A program made the translations under genes and the position numbers. From NCBI GenBank assembly GCA_037146775.1, contig JBAWWL010000003.1:133956-197955 (forward strand): a DNA stretch of 64,000 nt. Direction: 5' to 3'. Origin of the DNA: Candidatus Omnitrophota bacterium (GTDB lineage: Bacteria; Omnitrophota; Gorgyraeia; Duberdicusellales; 4484-171). Shown piece by piece: positions 57,159-64,000 of this stretch (positions within the stretch are counted from its first letter, which is position 1; every line of letters starts with the position of its first letter). A model generated the notes under the pieces. The model was not told the origin of the DNA and did no database searches. It worked only from the letters and a program-made list of their open reading frames with translations.

Positions 57159-57578
57159 ATGAAAACCTTTTTACTCGCAGGATTATTTTTCTTCATCAGT
57201 TTCGTGTGTTTTGCAAAAGATATTCCTGCGAAAGAATACTACCATCGCGGCGGAACTTACATAAAACCAACCTATCGTTCTAATTCCGAAGGGGATGCGC
57301 CCCGTAGCCGTAGCAGGCCGAGTTATCAACAACAAAAAGCATATCAAACCTTGCCGGTCACGCCTGCTTATAAGAGCGATTATGATAATGATGTGCTTAC
57401 CGAAAAGGACGAGAAAGAAGAGGATGATAGTACAAACGAAGATAGTGTGGGTGATGACAGAGATTCTTATCCTTACGGCACGCATAGATCTTATAGGTAT
57501 AGAGAATCAAAGGATAAGAGTAATACGATCGGCAGTTTTTCTGATAGCAACGATACCGAAACTAAACAAAAGGAATGA
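57159..57578 (+). CDS. Hypothetical secreted acidic low-complexity protein
   Basis: It has a signal peptide followed by Ser/Asp/Glu/Tyr/Arg-rich sequence. Confidence 0.35.
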   Translation: MKTFLLAGLFFFISFVCFAKDIPAKEYYHRGGTYIKPTYRSNSEGDAPRSRSRPSYQQQKAYQTLPVTPAYKSDYDNDVLTEKDEKEEDDSTNEDSVGDDRDSYPYGTHRSYRYRESKDKSNTIGSFSDSNDTETKQKE

Positions 57579-57859
57579 GGAAGTTTTTATTGCTGCTAAT
57601 CTTCATTTTTCTTCCTTTTTTTTCGGTATTCGCCCAAAAGATACCCGATAGACTGCGCATACCGAAAGAATTGGAAGAGTTAGGATTTACCCGTTCCTTT
57701 CTTGTTGAATACAAAAAGATTGCCGATAAAGAATTCTTTACTTTTGATAATTGGAGAACAGCGCAAGGCCTGGACACTATAACTTTTGTGATTGAAAATG
57801 GTAAGGTGAAAGATGTATTCAAAGGTAAGAGAATAAAATTAAAGGAGAGAGGCACATGA
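57575..57859 (+). CDS. Small hypothetical secreted protein, paralog B (EFFTF...ITFVIENG family)
   Basis: It has a signal peptide and 'LEELGFTRSFLV...EFFTFDNWRTAQGLDTITFVIENGKV'. Confidence 0.5.
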   Translation: MRKFLLLLIFIFLPFFSVFAQKIPDRLRIPKELEELGFTRSFLVEYKKIADKEFFTFDNWRTAQGLDTITFVIENGKVKDVFKGKRIKLKERGT

Positions 57860-58287
57860 AACCTTTAACCAAAAAAATCATAGCGAGAGAGGGGCTGATT
57901 TTGCTGGGTTTGCTCCTTGTGGGAGTTATTTTACACTTATGTTTACCAATCATAATCCCTCCGTTTGTTTTTCCTAAGGTTCCTTATTCTTGCACATCAT
58001 TACCGAACAAATCAAATTCGAATAAAGCACTATACGAATTATCCATTTTGGGTAACAAATATGAATTAGAGTACGATAGCTATAATCCCACGGAAGAGGA
58101 GCTAAGCGAAGTTGCAACCAGCATAGCAATAAGAGAAAAACTTATCCAACCTACCTTAAAGTGGCGAATGCATTGTTTTTTTGCGGATACTATTAATATA
58201 ACTTTCTTAATTATTTTTTTAGTTAGCTACTCATTCTATCTTCTTGTCCGTTTCATTCGTTGGGCAATTAAAACTTTGGTAGGTTAG
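57856..58287 (+). CDS. Hypothetical membrane protein
   Basis: It has an ATGA overlap with the previous gene and N- and C-terminal TM helices. Confidence 0.4.
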   Translation: MKPLTKKIIAREGLILLGLLLVGVILHLCLPIIIPPFVFPKVPYSCTSLPNKSNSNKALYELSILGNKYELEYDSYNPTEEELSEVATSIAIREKLIQPTLKWRMHCFFADTINITFLIIFLVSYSFYLLVRFIRWAIKTLVG

Positions 58288-58540
58288 GAGTGAATAGAGA
58301 ATGAGGCATGAAAGACGATATTAGGTTTGGTTTGGGCGTATGTATAATTTTGCGCCAGTTTTGCTTGGAATTTTGTTATTGATAATTTTGGTTTGTTTCA
58401 GGCATCTTACATCCGGGTTTACCTCGGCTTACGGTCAAATAAAAAAGTAGCGCACCTGACCCACACAAACGAAGTTTCAATCTCTCTTTCGTTAGGAACA
58501 CACGACCTTAAGAAAAATATGGTATAATTCAAAGGACGAA

Positions 58541-58957
58541 ATGACAAAGAAAAGAATAAAAGTAATTCTTAATTATATAACTGCGGCTTGTTTCTTTGTG
58601 TGTTTTGCGGGCTGTATGACAATTTCAGAGAAGCGCTTGGATGCCCTGAGAGAGACCTTTTCGCCGTTGACGCACATTATTAAGATCAGTAATGATTATT
58701 ATAGCCAGAATTTAAAATGGCCGGAAAGTAAAGAAGAGATCAAAAAGTTTATCATAGAAAAGAAAATTGATTTCAATATAGAACAGTTCAAAGTGCTCAT
58801 TTTTAACCCTCAGCCGGACGGCACATTGCTTGTTACGTATGAAGTGAAGCCGTACGGATTTTTAGAGCAACTTAAATTCAGAGATATAATAAAAGGCAAG
58901 ATCAAGGTCGGTAGATCCGATAAACAAGGATCTTTGAAAGAACCCATAAAAAAATAA
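58541..58957 (+). CDS. Hypothetical lipoprotein
   Basis: It has a lipobox 'FFVCFAGCM'. It has no family match. Confidence 0.45.
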   Translation: MTKKRIKVILNYITAACFFVCFAGCMTISEKRLDALRETFSPLTHIIKISNDYYSQNLKWPESKEEIKKFIIEKKIDFNIEQFKVLIFNPQPDGTLLVTYEVKPYGFLEQLKFRDIIKGKIKVGRSDKQGSLKEPIKK

Positions 58958-58997
58958 TTTGTTATTTTCTTTGATATCGTCAAACCTTACCTTTTTT

Positions 58998-59032
58998 GCT
59001 CTTGACGCATGTATGGTATAGCAGTATTATTT
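58998..59032 (+). promoter_or_regulatory. Sigma70-like promoter TTGACG-17-TATTAT, copy 2 of a duplicated promoter
   Basis: 'cttgacgcatgtatggtatagcagtattatttttt'. Confidence 0.4.
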
Positions 59033-59176
59033 TTTAATCATTACTCGAATTGCCGAGTACCTTGGCCCCGGTTATTACGGGCTGTATCACGAAGTAGGGG
59101 CGTGATATCTTTAAGGCAGTGTAATGGAAAAATATTTTCGAAATAGCTAAGGACATAATTTGTAAACGGGGGCACA

Positions 59177-59557
59177 ATGGAAAACAGAAGAAAATTTCCC
59201 AGAGTTAACACGGCTAAAATGATGGTTAGTTGGAGGAAGGTTAAAGCCTACGACAATTTGAATGAAACAAAAGATATCTCTGGAGGGGGTATTTGTTTGA
59301 TGGTTGACGGCGAAGGCTTGGTGAGTGTCGGAGACATATTACAACTCGAATTTAGCTTACCTTTGGGAAAAACCATTTATTCAAAAGGAAAAGCGGTGTG
59401 GCTGGACAAATTTACTATCATAGGTGACCTGAAGGAGGAAACGCGCTATGAGGTAGGAGTAGAATTCTTAGATATCAACGATAAAGACAGAGCAGCAATT
59501 GAACAATTTGTTTTTTTGCACTTGCCTTTGAACAAAAAAACAACTCAACAAATATGA
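59177..59557 (+). CDS. PilZ-domain protein
   Basis: It has 'RRKFPR' and 'DISGGG' motifs. It is 126 aa. Confidence 0.6.
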   Translation: MENRRKFPRVNTAKMMVSWRKVKAYDNLNETKDISGGGICLMVDGEGLVSVGDILQLEFSLPLGKTIYSKGKAVWLDKFTIIGDLKEETRYEVGVEFLDINDKDRAAIEQFVFLHLPLNKKTTQQI

Positions 59558-60087
59558 GAGAAAAAATGAAAATTGGTACTTACCGCTTATTCTCGTGTGT
59601 GTGCAAACATTTCGTGATCATCTTATTCGGTATTCTCTTTATCTAAGAATTATGTTGTGCCGAATAACCGCGCTAAGGTATCCAGGAAAACCGGTAGTAT
59701 TTCCGCCAGACACGAACTAATCATTATCGCGATGTAGATATAACACGTAAGATGCGGCGTATTTTTTCAGTGTTCGTTTCGCTGAGCGCATAGCAAAAAA
59801 ACATTAATAACACGATTGTTCCCAGCCACTCATCTATTTTTGAATGAAATGTATTTAGCACATGTAATGTACGCATAAGCGAAGTAACACGTACGTTCGT
59901 AATAATGATTATTAAAATAATAAGGCAACTCTCTAAACGGGGGGTTGCCTTTGTTGATTTAATGTCTTAATATATTTTAAGGCATGCTGGTTGTATCTAT
60001 CCGTGATTACGATAGGCACGCACAAGAAAGTGGTTTTATGAATTTTGAGCCGATAAAATGCGAGTAAACTGGCTAAGAACATAAGTA

Positions 60088-61527
60088 ATGGCACGTCTTT
60101 ATCTAATTTCACCACCATACCAGGATGTCTATAAAAAAATAAATTATAAGAACTTTGGAGTTCTCCAGCCCCCTTTAGGATTGGCTTATATTGCCAGTTA
60201 TGTAAAACGTCACGGGCATTCCGTAATGCTTTTTGACGGCAGCTTTAGCAGGGATATTTTTAAGGATATAAAAGCCAATATCGCCGCATTTAACCCAGAC
60301 TTTGTGGGCATAACCGCCACCACGCCGCAAATTGCAAGCGCACTGAAAATAGCGGAATATATAAAGAACCTTGCTCCGGATATAAAGATAATTTTAGGAG
60401 GATTTCACGTATCGGCTTTGCCGGAACAAACCCTTACTCATCGGTATGTTGATATTGTGGTTTGCGGAGAAGGCGAAATAACGATTTCCGAAATTATAGG
60501 AGGAAAAGACATATGTGATATCAAGGGGATTTATTTTCGGCAGATGGATAGTATCAGAAAAAATGCGCCGCGGCCACTCATAGAAGATTTAGATTCGCTC
60601 CCTTTTCCGCTCTGGGAGGGATTACCCGTACGGTCGTATTACTACTTTCCGGAACATACCGTTGGGATAATAAGCGGGAGAGGATGCCCTTATGGCTGTA
60701 GTTTTTGTGCCTCGGCAGTCATACATGGTAATCGTTATAGAATGCGAAGCCCAAATAACTTCGTCGACGAAATCGAACTTCTGCGGAAAGACTATGGGGT
60801 TGAATATCTTTTTTTTGTTGACGAAACCTTTACTATTAATCCTCAAAGGACAGAAGAGATTTGTAGTATAATACAAAAGAGGAAAATTTCTGTTAAGTGG
60901 ACATGCGATACCCGGGTAGACCATGTGACGAAAGACATGTTACGCATTATGAAATCCGCTGGTTGTCGATCGTTGAGAATAGGAGTAGAATCCGCTGACG
61001 AGAGAGTGTTGAAAATGACAGGAAAAAATATAACTTTGGCAGAGGCAGAAAGGGCCATATCATGGGCAAACGAATTAGGAATAAAAACTACAGCATACTT
61101 TATATTGGGCCTTCCTTACGAAACCCCGGCCAGCCTGGACAAGACATTAGTATTTTCTAAAAAATTAAACACAGACGTAGCTCAATTTTCCATGCTTGTT
61201 CCGCTTCCTGGCACTAAGATCTGGGACATCGTACAAGAGGGAAAAATACTGCGATGTACGGCTAAGGAATGGGATGAGTATGTCCGGTATGACAAGGCGA
61301 TTGTGGAATCCGATTTACTTTCTGCAAGCCAACTATTAGCATATCAGCGTCATATAGTAAAGAGCTACTATTTAAGCCCGTTATATATATTGAAAAGATT
61401 GGGTGGCATTAGATCTTTTAGGGAATTATGGGAAGTTTTACGAGGTGGCATGGCTGTATTGATAATGATTTTCTCCAAAAAAAATGTACTTAGAAAGAAT
61501 TCTTCTTGGCAGGAAAGGTGTCAATGA
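60088..61527 (+). CDS. B12-binding-domain radical SAM protein (class B)
   Basis: It has an N-terminal cobalamin-binding Rossmann region ('GLAYIASYVKRHGHSVMLFD') and a radical SAM 'CPYGCSFC'. It is 479 aa. Confidence 0.8.
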   Translation: MARLYLISPPYQDVYKKINYKNFGVLQPPLGLAYIASYVKRHGHSVMLFDGSFSRDIFKDIKANIAAFNPDFVGITATTPQIASALKIAEYIKNLAPDIKIILGGFHVSALPEQTLTHRYVDIVVCGEGEITISEIIGGKDICDIKGIYFRQMDSIRKNAPRPLIEDLDSLPFPLWEGLPVRSYYYFPEHTVGIISGRGCPYGCSFCASAVIHGNRYRMRSPNNFVDEIELLRKDYGVEYLFFVDETFTINPQRTEEICSIIQKRKISVKWTCDTRVDHVTKDMLRIMKSAGCRSLRIGVESADERVLKMTGKNITLAEAERAISWANELGIKTTAYFILGLPYETPASLDKTLVFSKKLNTDVAQFSMLVPLPGTKIWDIVQEGKILRCTAKEWDEYVRYDKAIVESDLLSASQLLAYQRHIVKSYYLSPLYILKRLGGIRSFRELWEVLRGGMAVLIMIFSKKNVLRKNSSWQERCQ

Positions 61528-62528
61528 AAAGAGTTTTTATTACCGGTGCGCCTGGATGGCTTGGCACGCGATGCGTTGAGACGCTACTAAAAAAAGAATT
61601 TCCTTTCCAGAAGTACGATTATTCCTGTACATGTTTTGTCTTGCGTGGGGTCGATGCATCAAAGTTGGAAATCATGGGCGCGAAGATTATTTACGGAGAT
61701 ATAAGGGATCAGGACAGCCTTAAAGGCGCGATGGAAGAATGTGACTGTGTTATTCATATGGCGGCAGTGGTTCATCCAAAACGGATTAAAGACATGTATG
61801 ACACGAATGTTATTGGAACCAAGAATGTTCTTCATGAAGCCATTTTGTATAAAGTGAAAAAATTTATATATATCAGCAGCAATTCTCCGGCCGGCTTCAA
61901 TATAGACGGTAAGCTTTTTTCCGAAACAGACCCCCCTCGCCCGTATATGAATTATGGAAGGAGTAAGTATCTTGCGGAAGAGTTTGTGAGAAAAGCGGCG
62001 AGAGATACGCCGATAGAGGCGATTATATTAAGACCTTGCTGGTTTTATGGGCCAAGGCAACCTGCAAGACAGACTAGGTTGTTTAAGATGATCAAAGGCG
62101 GCACGCCTATTTTATTCGGCGATGGAGGCAATCTGCGAAGCCTTTCTTATGTCGACAATACGGTGCAGGGAATTATTTTAGCGCTTGAGAAAGAAGGTAT
62201 TAACGGGCAAACGTATTGGATTGCGGACGAAAGGCCCTACACAACACTTGAGATCTATAAGGCTATAGCCGAGATGTTGGGTGTAAAAACATTGAAACCG
62301 AGAAAAATCCCTGCATGGTCGTCTTCTGTTTTTGGAGCAATGGATTTGGCAGTGCAAGCTGCCGGCTTGTATATACCGGAGATACATGTTGTGGGAGAGA
62401 TGTCCAGAAATATCGCATGTAGCATAGAAAAAGCAAAAAAAGAATTAGGGTATAGGCCTCAAGTTTCTTTAAGGGAGGGGATGAGAAGGTCAATAGAGTG
62501 GTGCAGGGCTAACGGGATAGAGATATGA
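61523..62528 (+). CDS. NAD-dependent epimerase/dehydratase (extended SDR)
   Basis: It has 'VFITGAPGWLGTRCVE' and 'YGRSKYLAEE' (YxxxK). It has an ATGA overlap with the upstream gene. Confidence 0.8.
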
Positions 62529-63568
62529 ACGCTAAAGTTTTGATTACCGGCGGATCGGGATTCTTTGGCACTTCGTTAACAAAGGGGTTGCTTGAGAAAG
62601 AGTATTCCGTTAGAATCCTTGACCCGGAGTATCCCGCTAGCGCCGACATTAGACCGCGAATAGAATTTATACAGGGCGATATTCGTAATAAGGAGATCGT
62701 AAGAGAGGCGTCTAAAGGAATAAGTATTGTTTTCCATAATGCCGCGATATTGCCGATTTCCAGGTCACATAAGAAAATTTTCTGGGAAGTAAACGTCGAG
62801 GGGACGCGTACTATTCTGGAAACGGCTTTAATAAACAAGGTACGCAAAGTCATTTTTATATCTTCAAGCGCACCATACGGTATTCCAAAAGATACTCCCG
62901 TGACAGAGAATACACCATTTAACCCGGTCTGTGATTACGGCCGCTCGAAAATAGCGGCAGAAGAAATATGCAACGAATATAGAAGCAAAGGGTTGGATGT
63001 GGTAATATTACGTCCGCGAACGCTTGTGGGAAAAGGAAGATTGGGGCTTTTCCAGATCTTGTTTAACTGGATAGCCGATAATAAGCGGATATATCTTATC
63101 GGTAAAGGAAACAATCCATTTTCTTTCTTGAGCGAAAGAGATTTTGTAAAAGCATGTATTGTCAGTATCGAAAAAGATTGTAAGAACGGAGATTTTAATT
63201 TAGGGACGGATAAGTTTAATACTGTCAAAGAGGATTTAGAAAGCCTCATACGTTCTGTTGGTAGTTCATCGAAGATAGTTCCCCTGCCCGCTTCGGCCAC
63301 CAAGTTATTGTTGAGCGTATTCGATATGTTCAGCGTGGTGCCTTTTACGCCATGGCACTATAAAACTTGCGATAAGCCGTTTTATTTTGATATTACCAAA
63401 GCTCGGAAGACATTGGGGTGGTTCCCGGAAGTAAGCAATTTCGAGATGCTTAAGGACGGTTACAACGATTATATATCTCATAGAAAGGATATTGATTCCG
63501 ATTTCGGCACCATACATACAAAATCCGTAAGGCAGAGAATACTAAGAGTTTTAAAAAGCCTGTCTTAG
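62525..63568 (+). CDS. NAD-dependent epimerase/dehydratase (extended SDR), second copy
   Basis: It has 'VLITGGSGFFGTSL' and 'YGRSKIAAEE'. It has an ATGA overlap. Confidence 0.8.
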   Translation: MNAKVLITGGSGFFGTSLTKGLLEKEYSVRILDPEYPASADIRPRIEFIQGDIRNKEIVREASKGISIVFHNAAILPISRSHKKIFWEVNVEGTRTILETALINKVRKVIFISSSAPYGIPKDTPVTENTPFNPVCDYGRSKIAAEEICNEYRSKGLDVVILRPRTLVGKGRLGLFQILFNWIADNKRIYLIGKGNNPFSFLSERDFVKACIVSIEKDCKNGDFNLGTDKFNTVKEDLESLIRSVGSSSKIVPLPASATKLLLSVFDMFSVVPFTPWHYKTCDKPFYFDITKARKTLGWFPEVSNFEMLKDGYNDYISHRKDIDSDFGTIHTKSVRQRILRVLKSLS

Positions 63569-63614
63569 GCCGCGTGGTTTAAGAGATACGAAATGATTCT
63601 TTAAATAAGGTGTT

Positions 63615-64000
63615 GTGAAGAATAAGCTATGTAAACATTATCCTCTCATTATCAGTGTGTGTGTGTTGGTTTTCTTGGTGGCGGTATGCCTGATATTTTC
63701 TGTCAAAAAAAATCAAGGCCATCTCATTTATGCTCTCGACGATGCATACATTCATATGGCGATAGCAAAAAATTTTGTGCAACATGGAGTCTGGGGTGCA
63801 ACAAAATATGATTTCAATTCATCATCTTCTCCGATACTCTGGTTGTTGCTGTTGTCTTTAGACTACTTTTTCTTTGGCGTGAATGTGGCGGCCCCTTTTC
63901 TGTTAAATATTATCTGCGCAATATTGGTGTGTGTCGTCTCGTATGTTTTCCTGAAGAAACAAAAGGTGCATCCTTTGCTTGTGTGCATTGTTTTACAGGG
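63615..64000 (+). CDS. GT-C (ArnT/PMT-like) membrane glycosyltransferase, 5' partial (runs off the window)
   Basis: It is an open frame to the window end with a TM helix, then a 'YALDDAYIHMAIAKNF' acidic loop, then further TM helices. The start codon is uncertain (GTG about 63615). Confidence 0.45.
   Translation, partial: MKNKLCKHYPLIISVCVLVFLVAVCLIFSVKKNQGHLIYALDDAYIHMAIAKNFVQHGVWGATKYDFNSSSSPILWLLLLSLDYFFFGVNVAAPFLLNIICAILVCVVSYVFLKKQKVHPLLVCIVLQ

Noticed and set aside
59560-60087. JUMPstart/ops (GGCGGTAG) antitermination element in the long leader of the glycan cluster
   Set aside because: The 8-mer is not present. Only a loose 'ccggtag' occurs.

Overview
This window is a bacterial chromosomal segment. 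It is gene-dense, AT-leaning, and nearly all genes lie on the + strand. From start to end it contains:

- The 3' end of ftsK, then a rodZ-like gene, rimO, pgsA and pgpA.
- A convergent thpR/cinA pair.
- A Fur-family (PerR-like) regulator with an upstream Fur-box, heading an apparent iron and oxidative-stress operon: L-lactate dehydrogenase, an FNR-like oxidoreductase, a NifU-like protein, a 1Fe superoxide reductase, ferritin, and a VIT iron transporter.
- An alpha-glucan module: a DUF4912 protein, three tandem GH57 enzymes, DUF2934, ACT and a GH1 glucosidase.
- A cNMP-binding patatin lipase, convergent with a two-gene minus-strand operon encoding a ParA/MinD-type ATPase fused to a CBM48 glycogen-binding module plus a basic-tailed membrane partner.
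- Housekeeping genes: an AmmeMemoRadiSam radical SAM enzyme, a Nudix hydrolase, ArnT-like glycosyltransferase, trmI, apgM, cstA, lysC, cimA, ilvBN, ilvC, leuA, aroE, pilD and aroC.
- An accessory-looking stretch of TPR proteins, peptidoglycan-binding lipoproteins, and many small secreted or membrane hypotheticals bracketed by two PilZ proteins.
- A B12-radical-SAM plus two-epimerase glycan cluster at the 3' end.

The most interesting candidate is the ParA-CBM48 plus partner pair, a putative glycogen-granule positioning system next to the GH57 cluster.

Other unexplained signals are:

- a 7-nt-period (RACAGAA)n repeat element at three intergenic sites, two of them inside the ilv-leu cluster;
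- a roughly 48-nt palindromic element present in two copies, one flanked by a 22-nt duplication of the ilvC 3' end;
- a structured, ORF-free 230-nt region with three CCACC...GGTGG hairpins;
- a GC-rich ORF-free island inside the AT-rich small-protein region.

Everything here is read from the sequence and the ORF track; no database search was run. CDS coordinates follow the ORF track. My own position counts disagreed with the track by one nucleotide at one gene boundary (lysC/cstA) but agreed at others, so non-CDS feature coordinates may be off by a nucleotide or so.
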